NCBI GenBank assembly: GCA_963702425.1
Contig: CAVPCQ010000019.1
Span: 32,001-96,000 of the forward strand
Length of the DNA: 64,000 nt
DNA from: an uncultured Acidobacteriota bacterium
GTDB lineage: Bacteria > Acidobacteriota > Polarisedimenticolia > J045
Direction of reading: 5' to 3'
Part shown: one piece after another, positions 10,684-22,357 of the stretch
How positions within the stretch are numbered: position 1 is the stretch's first letter
How the letters are laid out: every line of letters starts with the position of its first letter
The notes under the pieces: generated by a model
What the model was told of the DNA's origin: nothing
What the model saw: the letters and a program-made list of their open reading frames with translations, nothing else
The model's database searches: none
Translations under genes and position numbers: made by a program

Positions 10684-11715
10684 ATGGAGACCTACGGCAG
10701 CCAGCGGATCAAGTGGCCCTACGCGACCCACATCGTCGACCGCGCGGCTTTCACCACCCTGATTCCGGTCGTCGAAGAGGACAACCCGGGGAGCCTCCTG
10801 CTCGGCCGGGTCGTCGCGATCGGACGGCACAAGGACCTCGAATCGGTCGAGGGCCGGAAGATCAGCCTGTTCAAGGACGATCTCTTCGTCGGCACGCTCG
10901 GCCACCGGTACGCGACCGACCAGTACGAGGGGGCCGCGGTCTGTCGCGGGCCGCTGGGGCACATCCTCAGCATCGGCGGGGTCTGCGGCGAGGTGGTGTC
11001 GAAGAACGAACGGATGGTCGACCCGACGGTCGTCGAGTGGCTCGGGCGGCTGGCCGGCGAGGGCGGCGCGCCGTTGCACCTGCGCGACTTCCGGATGACA
11101 GCGGTCCGTCCGCTGCACGCGCCGCGACCCCGAATCGTCCTCTCGCTCGGCGCGTCGATGAACGCCGGCAAGACGACCACCGCGGCGCAGCTCATCCGGA
11201 GCCTGGCATCGAACGGACACAAGGTCAGCGCGGCCAAGATCACCGGCACCGCGTGCCGCAAGGACCCGAGCCTGCTCGAAGACGCCGGCGCGACGCGCGT
11301 ACTCGACTTCACCTGGACCGGCTGGCCCTCGACTGCCGGATGCAGCCGCGACGAGCTGCTCTCCATCTGGCGCGAGATCACCTGGGCGCTGCGCGCCGAC
11401 GAGCCGGAGGTCCTGGTCTACGAGATCGCCGACGGGATCGTCCAGCGCGAGACGCGGATGCTGCTCGAGGACCCCGCGGTGCGCGAGTCGGTCGACGCGG
11501 TGACCTACGCCGCGCCCGACAGCCTCTCCTGCGAGAGCGGTGTGCGGATGCTGCGCGGGCTGGGCTACAAGGTGCTGGCGACAGCCGGGCCGGTCGCCAA
11601 CAGCGCGCTGGGCCGGGCCGAGGTCGAGGCGATGACGCAGATCCCGTGTCTCTCGGGCGAGGCGATCCTTGGCGGCGCGCTCGTACCGGCCCTCGACGCG
11701 GTCAAGGCCGCCTGA
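10684..11715 (+). CDS. DUF1611-like P-loop NTPase
   Basis: GHRYATDQYEG, Walker-A-like GASMNAGKTT, AAKITGTACRKD and EIADGIVQRET motifs. GGAG RBS upstream of ATG 10684. Confidence 0.7.
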   Translation: METYGSQRIKWPYATHIVDRAAFTTLIPVVEEDNPGSLLLGRVVAIGRHKDLESVEGRKISLFKDDLFVGTLGHRYATDQYEGAAVCRGPLGHILSIGGVCGEVVSKNERMVDPTVVEWLGRLAGEGGAPLHLRDFRMTAVRPLHAPRPRIVLSLGASMNAGKTTTAAQLIRSLASNGHKVSAAKITGTACRKDPSLLEDAGATRVLDFTWTGWPSTAGCSRDELLSIWREITWALRADEPEVLVYEIADGIVQRETRMLLEDPAVRESVDAVTYAAPDSLSCESGVRMLRGLGYKVLATAGPVANSALGRAEVEAMTQIPCLSGEAILGGALVPALDAVKAA

Positions 11716-11727
11716 AACGGCCCGGCG

Positions 11728-13548
11728 ATGGGGACGCCGATCATCGACGAGGGCGCGGAGAGGACGCGCGGTGCGCTGGTCGAGCTGCTCGCGCTGCTGC
11801 CATACGCCCGCCGCCAGAAGGGTTTGTTTGCGGCGGCGCTGGCGTCGAGTGCCGCCCTCGCCGTGATCGACGTCCCCGTCCCGTTCCTGCTGAAGAAGAT
11901 CCTCGACGGAGTCCTCGGCGCGGCCCGCCAGGGGCGGTTCTTCGGCTGGACGCTGGCCGCGCCGGAAGCGCTGCAGATGGTGTTCGTACTGCTCGCGGGC
12001 CTGGCGCTGGCGAAGGCGCTCCTGCTCTACGCGCAACGCACGACGGCCGAAACGCTGGGGCAGCGCATCGTCTACGGACTGCGGATGGACCTCTACCGGC
12101 ACCTGCACTCGCTCTCGCTGCCGTTCTTCCGTGGGGCGCGCACCGGCCGGCTCATGCTGCGGCTCGTGGGCGACATGAACGCCGTGCTGGACATGGTCAC
12201 CGACGGCTTCCTGCGCGCGTTCGTCGACGCCGTGACGATCTTCGCGGTGGTCGCCGCGATGGCGGTCCTCGACGCGCGGCTGGCGCTCGTGGCGCTGTCG
12301 GTGATGCCGGTCTACCTCTTCGCGTTCTGGCGCTTCTCGACCGAGCTGCGCGAGAAGGGGCGGGCGGCCCGGCGCGAGCGGGCCGAGCTCTCGGGCTCGC
12401 TGCAGGAGCGGATCGCCGGAGCAGCCGTCGTCAAGGCCTTCCACCGCGAGGCGGCCGAGGCCGGGCGGCTGGCCGAGCAGAGCGGCCGGCTGCGCGACCG
12501 CCTGATCGAGAAGGCGCGCGCGGCGGCCAAGCTCAACGGGCTGGCACAGTTCGCGGTCGCCCTCGGCGGCGCACTCGTGCTCTGGGTCGGCGGCCGCGCG
12601 GTGCTCGACGGCAACCTGACCAAGGGCGGACTGATGGCCTTCTACGCGCTGGCCGCGCTGATGTTCCCGCCGCTGCGCCGGCTCGCGCGCACCAACGAGA
12701 CCTACCAGGCGGCGCGCGTGTCGCTCGACCGTGTGCTGGCCTTCCTGGAGCGCACCGCGCCGCTCAAGGAGAAGGAAGGGGCCCGCGACCTGGTCGTCAC
12801 GCGCGGCGAGGTGCGCTTCGAAGGGGTCGGCTTCGCCTACCGGCCCGAAGCCCCGGTCCTCTCGGAGATCGACCTCGTCGTGCGGCCCGGTGAGATCGCG
12901 GCCCTGGTCGGACCGAACGGGGCGGGGAAGACGACGCTCGTCGGGCTCGTCGCGCGCTTTCTCGACCCCGCCGCCGGCCGGGTCCTGATCGACGGGCAGG
13001 ACGTGGCCACGGCCACGCTGGCCTCGCTCCGGCGCCAGATCGGGATCGTGCCGCAGGAGCCGTTCCTGTTCTCCGGGACGATCGCCGAGAACATCCGCTA
13101 CGGCCGGCCCGAAGCGACCGAGGCCGAGCTGCTCGCCGCGGCCCGCGTCGCCGGCGCGACCGAGTTCATCGCCGCGCTGCCCGACGGCTTCGACACGGAC
13201 GTCGGGGAACGCGGTCAGCGCCTGTCGGGCGGGCAGGTCCAGCGCCTGGCGCTGGCCCGCGCGCTGCTCACCAACCCGCCGATCCTCGTGCTGGACGAAG
13301 CGACCTCGGCGATCGACGCCGAGTCGGAGGTCTCGATCTCGGCCTCGCTGGCCCACGCGATGGCCGGACGGACCGTCTTCGTCATCGCGCATCGCGCCGC
13401 CACGGTGCGCCGGGCCGACCGGATCATCGTGCTCGAGGGGGGCCGGGTCGTGGAGGACGGCACCCACGAGGCCCTGCTCGCGCGGCGCGGCGCTTACGCC
13501 CGTCTGTTCGACGAGCAGCTTCTTCCCGCCGGAGCGCCCACCCCATGA
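11728..13548 (+). CDS. ABC exporter, fused permease/ATPase (MsbA-like)
   Basis: Multi-TM N-terminal half, then GPNGAGKTT, LSGGQ, ILVLDEATS and IAHR. Confidence 0.93.
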   Translation: MGTPIIDEGAERTRGALVELLALLPYARRQKGLFAAALASSAALAVIDVPVPFLLKKILDGVLGAARQGRFFGWTLAAPEALQMVFVLLAGLALAKALLLYAQRTTAETLGQRIVYGLRMDLYRHLHSLSLPFFRGARTGRLMLRLVGDMNAVLDMVTDGFLRAFVDAVTIFAVVAAMAVLDARLALVALSVMPVYLFAFWRFSTELREKGRAARRERAELSGSLQERIAGAAVVKAFHREAAEAGRLAEQSGRLRDRLIEKARAAAKLNGLAQFAVALGGALVLWVGGRAVLDGNLTKGGLMAFYALAALMFPPLRRLARTNETYQAARVSLDRVLAFLERTAPLKEKEGARDLVVTRGEVRFEGVGFAYRPEAPVLSEIDLVVRPGEIAALVGPNGAGKTTLVGLVARFLDPAAGRVLIDGQDVATATLASLRRQIGIVPQEPFLFSGTIAENIRYGRPEATEAELLAAARVAGATEFIAALPDGFDTDVGERGQRLSGGQVQRLALARALLTNPPILVLDEATSAIDAESEVSISASLAHAMAGRTVFVIAHRAATVRRADRIIVLEGGRVVEDGTHEALLARRGAYARLFDEQLLPAGAPTP

Positions 13549-15981
13549 CCCGATACCGCCCGCTCGCCCGAGCCCTGCCCGCGCTCCTCGTCCTCGCCGC
13601 CGTCGCCTCGTCGGGAGCAGCGCTGGCCTTCACCGTGACGGGGACCGTCAGGAACGAGGCCGGCCAGGCGATGGCCAATGTCGACCTCGATTTCATCGAC
13701 GTCTGCAGCGGCGAGAGCGTCTTCCTCGTCAACGACAAGACCGCCGCCGACGGCAGCTTCAGCGTCACCGTCAACGGTGCGACCTACGACGTCCGCTACA
13801 CGCCTCCCACCGGCTCCGCGTCGGCCGGCAAGGAGCGGCAGGACGTCGTGGTCAGCGCCAATACGAGCCTGGGACTGACCACGCTCCCCAACGGGAAGCT
13901 GGTCTCGGGCACCGTGAAGAACGGCTCCGGGGCGGGGATCTCCGGCGTCGACCTCAAGTGGGTGAACGCTTCGACCGGCGTGCGCGTCTACGTCGGCAAG
14001 GACGTGACGAGCGCCAGCGGCGCCTACTCGATGCGCGTCCCGCCCGGCACGTGGGACGTCGAGTACCGCCCGCCGGCGACCACCACCTACGCCACCGGGC
14101 GGCGCAAGGGACTGGTCGTCCAGGCCGACGTCTCGGGCCTGGCCGATACCCTGGCGACCGGCTTCCAGCTCACGGGCCTGGTGAAGGACAAGCAGAACAC
14201 GGCACTCCGGAACGTCGACCTGAATGTCTACGACAGCTGCACCGGCGAGAAGGTCCCCACGGCCAACGACAACACCGACGCTGCGGGGAGGTTCACGACC
14301 TACGTCCCGGCGGGGACCTACTCGATCCAGCACAACCCCCCGCGCTGCAAGGGGGTCGTTCCCGACCGCAAGTCGGGGGTGCGCGTCGACCGCAATACCG
14401 ACCTCGGCTCGACGACGCTGCTGGCGGGGGTGACCGTCGCAGGCCGCGTGCTGGACAATGCGCTCCAGCCGGTCGCGGGCGCGGAGCTCAAGTTCTTCGA
14501 TGCCAACAACGGCCAGCGGCAGCCGACCAACTTCGACACCACCGACGCCTCCGGCAGCTATTCCGTCTACGTTCCGACGGGGAGCTACAACATCAACGTC
14601 GAGCCGCCGGTCGGCCGGACGCTGCTCGTCTCGCGGCTCTCCGGCGTGGCGGTCGCCGCGGCCACGACGCTGGGCGACACGGCGCTCGCGGCGGGACTGT
14701 CGCTGTCGGGCACGGCGGTCGGCCCCGACAACAAGGGCGTCCTCTCCGTCGACGTCGACGTCGTCAACTCGGTGACCCGCGACGCGGTCCGGATCGCCCA
14801 TGACAACACGCGCAGCGACGGCACGTTCACGGTGATCGTCCCGGCGGGCAGCGCCTACGACGTCCTGTACACGCCGCCGTCGTGTTCGCCGCTCGCGCCC
14901 GACGACCAGCGGCAGGTTCCCGTCTCCGGAGCGACGACCCTGCCGACCCTCCACCTCGTCACCGGCGCCACCGCGAGCGGCGTGGTGCGCGATCCCTTGA
15001 GCGCGCCGGTGGCGGGTGTCGATCTCGACTTCTTCATTCCCGGCACGCGCAACAAGTTCTTCACGCCGCGCGACACGACCGACGCCGGCGGCTCGTACGC
15101 CACGATGGTCAAGCCGGGGAGCTACGACATCGACTACATCCCGCCGGCCGGCCTGGCGCTGCGACCGGCCCGGCGGACCGGCGTGTCGCTGTTCGCCGAC
15201 ACGACGCTGCCGGACACGACACTCCCGCGCGGCTACCTCGTCTCGGGTGCCGTGAAGAACAACCAGACCGCACTACCTGTCGCGTCGGTCGAAGTCGAGT
15301 TCTTCGCCCCGGGTGCGACCTCACCGCTCTTCACGCCGCACAACAACACGGCCGTGGACGGCCTTTACAACGTGTCGGTCGACGCCGGAACATGGGACCT
15401 GCGTTACACGCCGCCCGCCGGCAGCGGTCTCGCCCCGCGCTGGCGCCGCGGCGTCACGGTGAGCGCCGCCACGGCGCTCCCCGACACCCTGCTGCTGGCG
15501 CTGACCGTGCCGTCCGTCGGCTCGATCAGCCCCGCAGCCGGCAGTGCGGCCGGCGGCCTGGCCGTCACCGTCAGCGGCAGCAACTTCCAGCCCGACGCGA
15601 CGCTGCGGATCGGCGGCATCACCGCCACGAACGTCGTCGTGCTCAAGCGCCGCGACGATCACTGCTGTGACGCGGCCTCACCCGGCGGGGCGCGTCGACG
15701 TGCAGGTCGTCAACCCCGGCGAGCAGGTCGGCACGCTGGCCTCGTCCTTCACCTTCAATGAGCCGGCGACGCCGGCCCGCCTGACCGTGAGGCGCGTCGG
15801 CAGCGACGTCGTGCTGACCTGGACCGCGAACGGACAGGCCAGCTACACCGTCTTCCGCAACCCCACCCCCCAGGGGTTCACCGACACGTCGATCGCCGCG
15901 ACTCTTCCCGGCACGACGTGGACCGACACCGGGGCCGGCAGCGCCGCGTCCGGCACCGTGCGCTTCTACGCGGTCGAGTAG
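13545..15981 (+). CDS. Secreted protein with 7 carboxypeptidase-regulatory-like Ig repeats, IPT/TIG domain and C-terminal FN3-like domain; 1 frameshift
   Basis: Signal peptide and seven ~89-aa repeats (G.V.D....V..VDL.F......D.T...G.Y...V..G.YD..Y.PP). ISPAAGSAAGG..VTVSGSNF IPT motif continues in another frame after an extra A near 15645. Confidence 0.78.
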
Positions 15982-15989
15982 GAGCGCAC

Positions 15990-17083
15990 GTGCACGTGCG
16001 CGCCGCTGTCGGCTGCTGTGTCGCGTTCGCGCTCGGCGCGGGCCTCCCCCCCTGGCCCGCGCCGAGCGCGACGGTGGTTTGATGCTGACCGCGGCTGTCG
16101 CGTTGCAGTACGACGACAACATCCTGTCCGGGAACGCGCAGACCGTGGGCCGGCTCGAGAAGAGCGTGACCGAGGCGCGCTACGGCCTGGTCAGCGCCGA
16201 CGACTGGGTCGCGATCGGGAACGTGGCGCTGCTCTGGGCCACCCGGATCCTGCCCCGCCGCGAGACGGTGTTCTCCGCCGGCGTCGAGACGCACCGCTAC
16301 GACCAGAACACGGTCAAGGACTACGAGGAGGTCGACTTCAGCGTCACGCAGGAGGTCACCGCATCGCGGCGGTACCTGGGCCGGGTCATCGTGGGTGGGC
16401 AGTGGATCCCCGGTTTCTTCGTGCGCAACCTGACCGACGACGACGCTTCGGTCGAGGCCGGCCGGCGGGTCCGGGGCGGGGCGACGTACGGCCAGCAGGA
16501 GCTCGCGGTCGCCTACGAACAGGAGCTGGTCCCGGGGCGCCTGTTCGCCTCGGCCGGCCGGGAGTGGCGCGAGCGCGACTACAACGCGGCCTTCGACGAG
16601 CGCGACGCGACGCGGCGGCTCTGGGCGCTGTCGCTGCGCGGCCGGCCGCTCGCGCGCGGCCGCGTGCAGCTCGAGGGCGGCTACGCCTGGGGCGGGGTCG
16701 CGGCGCGCGGCGACCTGGCGTCGTCGCCGTTTCCCGACGATGACATCTCCTACGACGTCGCGATCGCCGGGCTCTCCGCGCGGGCGCCGTGGGGCAAGCG
16801 TCACCCCGGAGCTGTCACGCTCGCATGGGAAGGGGAGCGGCGGGTCCTGGCCACGACCAACCGCTTCGACGTCCTTCGCCACGGACGGGTCGACCGCCGC
16901 ACGGAGTGGAACCTGCGCCTCTCGCAGCGCGTCGCGGCGGATCTGGACCTGGTGGCGGAGTGGCGCTTCGACGGGGTGCGCGCGGAGTTCCCGACCGCCT
17001 TCGCGGCGCTGGCGGCGAGCGTCGACTACGAGCGCCAGCGCATTTCGCTGGGGCTGCGCTACCGGGTTCCGCTCGGGTCCTAG
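15990..17083 (+). CDS. Probable outer-membrane beta-barrel protein; frameshift in the signal-peptide C-tract
   Basis: QYDDNI start motif, amphipathic beta strands and terminal ISLGLRYR. Adding one C to the C-run at ~16046-16052 restores the signal peptide MHVRAAVGCCVAFALGAGLPPLARA. Confidence 0.65.
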
Positions 17084-17084
17084 C

Positions 17085-18704
17085 CTAGACCAGCGCTTCG
17101 ACCGCCCGCGCCGGCCGCGCGGCCAGCACGGACGCGACCTCGCCCAGCACCTCGCCGGCAGATCCGACGAGCGGCACGCAGGAGAGCTTGAGGTCGACCC
17201 GCGTCCCCAGCCGCGTCACGCGGCCGGAGACCTCGATCTCGCGCGTGGCGCCCGACTCGATCCGCGAGCGCAGCTCCCGGCGATAGGCGTCGCGCTGATC
17301 GTCCGGGACGGTCGGGTTGAAGGTCCCGATCGTGTCCTCCACGGTCCAGCCGAAGAGCCGCTCGGCGGCGGCATTCCACGCGGTGACCGTGCCCGTGGCG
17401 TCGCAGACGATCACCGGGATCGGCACGCTGCGGACCAGCGCCTGGTAGGCCGCGGTCAGCTCCGACAGGCGGGCCGTGACGTTCTCCAGCCGCTCCTCGG
17501 CGAACTCGCGGTCCTGGGCGGCGAGCGTCGCGCGGCGCGACTCCTCCGCGCAGCGCCGCTCCGCCTCGTCCGTCCGTTGCGCCGACTGCTCGGTCGCCTG
17601 CTCGATCTCGGCCAGCTGCGCGCGGAGCCGCTCGGCCTCCTGCCGCGCCTCGTGCTGGCGCAGCTGGACGGCGTGGAGCTCTTCCTCGGTCCGGCGCAGC
17701 TGCTCCTCGGCCTCGCCCAGCCGGATCTCCATCCCGCCCGTGCGCGCTGCCGCCTCGGTCGCTTCGGCCCGGGCCTCGGCCACCCGCGTTTCGGCGTCGC
17801 GGATCCGCTCCTCGGCGCGCTGCGCCGGGCGCAGGTCCTCGACCGCCACGAAGACGCGGGCCAGCGAGCCGTTGTAGCCGGCCGGCGTCGTCACGCGCAG
17901 CCGGACGGGGCGCGGCTCGCCCAGGGTCGTCCGCTGCACGCACTCCAGCTCGAACGCGCCGTCCCCGGCTGCGAGGTGCGCGACCGCGTCGACGAAGTTC
18001 GCCGCGTCGCCGAACCCCGCGTACGGATCCATCGTCCGCGTCAGCTCGTCCGCCGACGCGGCGCCGTAGAAGGCCTGCGCGGCGTCGTTGACGGCGACCG
18101 GCTGGATCTCCTCGGCGCACAGCGCGACCGCCTCGGGGTGCTCGTCGAACCAGCCGCGCAGGTCGGTTACCCCCTCGCGACGGCGCGCCTCCACGAAGCG
18201 CGCGACGCCGGAAAGATCGGACTCCCACAGCGGCGTCGACGCGTGCGACAGCAGCGAGCGGTAGCGCTGGCGCGCGTCGCGGAGCGTGGTCTCGAGCAGC
18301 CGACGCGAGCCGGCGCCGGCTGCCGCCCGCGCCGTGCCGCGCACGATCCGCTCCATGGCGCGCGGGTCCAGCTCGTCGATGGTCAGGTGCTCCACCTGGG
18401 GGTCGTCCTGCATCCACGACTCGATCAGCGGCTCCTCGTCGCCGCCCGCGATGACCAGCGGGACGCCCGGCGCCGCGGCGCGCAGCCGTGCGAGCGCCGT
18501 CGTCGGCTCGCCGTCGAGCAGCGCGTGCTCGACGATCACGAGCCCGTACGAGTCCCCCGAGGCTCGCTCGATCGCGGTCTCGAGCCCTTCCACCTGGGTC
18601 AGTGGCAGGTCATGCGCGGGGAGTCGTTCGATCGCCTGCTGGACGAGCCAGACGAGACTGGGATCGACGGCGGCGAGCAGCACGGGCAGGCGCGGGTTGG
18701 ACAC
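17085..18704 (-). CDS. REC-like / PAS / coiled-coil / PAS signalling protein with no output domain
   Basis: GGAG RBS and GTG at 18704. Degenerate receiver domain, RYRSLL..PLWESDLS..VNDAA PAS, long E/R/A heptads, then WNAAAERLFGW PAS. Confidence 0.7.
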   Translation of the reverse strand: MSNPRLPVLLAAVDPSLVWLVQQAIERLPAHDLPLTQVEGLETAIERASGDSYGLVIVEHALLDGEPTTALARLRAAAPGVPLVIAGGDEEPLIESWMQDDPQVEHLTIDELDPRAMERIVRGTARAAAGAGSRRLLETTLRDARQRYRSLLSHASTPLWESDLSGVARFVEARRREGVTDLRGWFDEHPEAVALCAEEIQPVAVNDAAQAFYGAASADELTRTMDPYAGFGDAANFVDAVAHLAAGDGAFELECVQRTTLGEPRPVRLRVTTPAGYNGSLARVFVAVEDLRPAQRAEERIRDAETRVAEARAEATEAAARTGGMEIRLGEAEEQLRRTEEELHAVQLRQHEARQEAERLRAQLAEIEQATEQSAQRTDEAERRCAEESRRATLAAQDREFAEERLENVTARLSELTAAYQALVRSVPIPVIVCDATGTVTAWNAAAERLFGWTVEDTIGTFNPTVPDDQRDAYRRELRSRIESGATREIEVSGRVTRLGTRVDLKLSCVPLVGSAGEVLGEVASVLAARPARAVEALV

Positions 18705-18917
18705 GGGTACCTCCAGCGTCCGGCGCCGCGTTGCGCGGAGCCGGCCCATGGGGAAGTTGGTGCCCGGGACCGCCTCGCGCCATCGCCCGGAACCGGCCGG
18801 ACGCCGCCCGGTCCGGTCCGGCCGGACCGCGGGCCGAAGTAACTCTCTCTGTGGCCGTGTAATCCGCTCCGGCCCCGCGGTTGACCCGCCCCGCGGGAGG
18901 CGCGATCCTCGCGCTCC

Positions 18918-20537
<1,620 letters not shown>

Positions 20538-20559
20538 GACGACAGGGATAGGGGAGACG

Positions 20560-22239
20560 ATGACGACGCCGGGTCACGTTCTGCTTTCACTCGCGTGCGG
20601 CGCGCTGCTCGCCGGAGCGGTGCTGCCCGCGCCGGCGGCGACCGAGCCGGCGCAGGCGGCGCTGCCGCCGGCCGCGTCCGCGGCGATCGATGCCGGGCGG
20701 CTCGCGGGCCTGCGCTGGCCGGACTTCTCCGACTACACCAAGTGGGTCGCGGGGTTCTACGACGCGCGCGGCGGAGCGCTGGCCTGGACCGCGGCGGGTC
20801 GGCCGACGCCGCAGGCCCGTGCCCTGATCGCCCAGCTCGAAGCCGCCGACGGGAAGGGGCTGCACGCCGGGGACTACGACGGCGGCCGCTGGGCCGCCCG
20901 CGTCGCCGCGCTCGAGGCCGGGAGGGCGACGCCGCAACAGGTCGCGGACTTCGACGTCGCGCTGACCGTCAGCGCGATGCGCTACGTCTCCGACCTGCAC
21001 ATCGGCCGCGTCAACCCGGAACAGCTCGGTTTCCACCTCGACGTCGAGCCCAAGAAGTACGACCTCTCGGAGCTGCTCGACGGAATCGCGGCGGCCGACG
21101 ACGTCGCGGCGCGCCTCGACGCGGTCGAGCCGCAGTACGAGTACTACCGCGCGCTCCAGGCGGCGCTCGGGCGCTACCGCGCGCTGGTCCCCAAGGTCGC
21201 CGCGCTGCAGCCGCTCCCCGAGCCGGCGAAATCGCTCGAGCCGGGCGGGACCTACGACGCGATGCCGCGGCTGGCCGAGCTGCTGGTCCTCTATGGCGAC
21301 CTCCCGGCGGGCGAGCAGGCCGCCGCCGGAGCGACGACCTACGGCGGGCCGATGGTCGCGGCGGTCAAGCGCTTCCAGGAGCGCCACGGCCTGGCCGCGG
21401 ACGGCGTGGCGGGGAAGGGGACGTTCCGCGCGCTGAACACGCCGGTCGCCGCGCGGCTGCGGCAGATGGAACTGACGCTCGAGCGCTGGCGCTGGCTGGC
21501 CCACGAGTTCGGCGCGCCGCCGATCGCGGTCAACATCCCGGCCTTCCAGCTCCGGGCCTTCGGTCGCGAGGGAGACAAGGTCGTCCCCGAGCTGGCGATG
21601 AACGTCGTCGTCGGCAAGGAATACAAGGGCGCCCAGACCCCGATCTTCGCCCGTCCGATGAAGTACCTGGTCTTCAGCCCGTACTGGGAGGTCCCGCCGA
21701 GCATCGCCCGCAACGAGCTGTTGCCGAAGCTGGCGAAAGACCCGGGCTATGCGGCGCGCAATCACTACGTGATCGAGGGCTCGGGGGGCCGCCTGCCGGT
21801 CGACGCCGACTCGCTCGCCGCGGTCCGCGCCGGCCGGGCCCGGATCCGCCAGACGCCCGGGACGCACAACGCGCTGGGCCTGGTGAAGTTCATGTTCCCC
21901 AACGAGTTCAACGTCTACCTGCACAGCACGCCGTCGCAGGCCGCCTTCGCGCGCGAGGAGCGCGCGCTGTCGCACGGCTGCGTGCGGGTCGAGAAGCCGC
22001 TCGAGCTGGCGGAGTTCGTGCTGAAGGACGACCCGTCGTGGACGCGCGAAGCGATCGAGGCCGCGATGAACGCGGGCGAGCCGCGGACGGTGAACCTGAA
22101 GACGCCGATCTGGGTCTTCATCCTGTACGGGACGGCATTCGTCGACGAGGCGGGTGTGGTGCACTTCTACCGCGACGTGTACGGGCACGATGCCCGGCTC
22201 GACGCCGCGCTGAAGAAGGGGTACCCGTACCCGGGGTGA
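20560..22239 (+). CDS. L,D-transpeptidase (YcbB/LdtD type) with peptidoglycan-binding domain
   Basis: AVKRFQERHGL..DG, VNIPAF, NALGLVKFMFPN and catalytic YLHSTP...SHGCVRV. Confidence 0.92.
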   Translation: MTTPGHVLLSLACGALLAGAVLPAPAATEPAQAALPPAASAAIDAGRLAGLRWPDFSDYTKWVAGFYDARGGALAWTAAGRPTPQARALIAQLEAADGKGLHAGDYDGGRWAARVAALEAGRATPQQVADFDVALTVSAMRYVSDLHIGRVNPEQLGFHLDVEPKKYDLSELLDGIAAADDVAARLDAVEPQYEYYRALQAALGRYRALVPKVAALQPLPEPAKSLEPGGTYDAMPRLAELLVLYGDLPAGEQAAAGATTYGGPMVAAVKRFQERHGLAADGVAGKGTFRALNTPVAARLRQMELTLERWRWLAHEFGAPPIAVNIPAFQLRAFGREGDKVVPELAMNVVVGKEYKGAQTPIFARPMKYLVFSPYWEVPPSIARNELLPKLAKDPGYAARNHYVIEGSGGRLPVDADSLAAVRAGRARIRQTPGTHNALGLVKFMFPNEFNVYLHSTPSQAAFAREERALSHGCVRVEKPLELAEFVLKDDPSWTREAIEAAMNAGEPRTVNLKTPIWVFILYGTAFVDEAGVVHFYRDVYGHDARLDAALKKGYPYPG

Positions 22240-22357
22240 GCGCTTCCTCGTCACCCCGCGCCCCGGGGCCGTCGGCGCCGCCGGGAGTTGGTGTAATCTC
22301 CCGCCCGCGCTTCGGCGCCGGCCGGAATCGTCCTGGCGCCCGGCGGATGAGCCTGCC

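Noticed and set aside
10639-13467. Long antisense and alternate-frame ORFs (e.g. 942 aa here, 904 aa over ahcY, 856 aa over the sulfatase)
   Set aside because: These are shadow ORFs expected at very high GC. They are Arg/Pro/Ala-rich, lack motifs and overlap well-supported genes.
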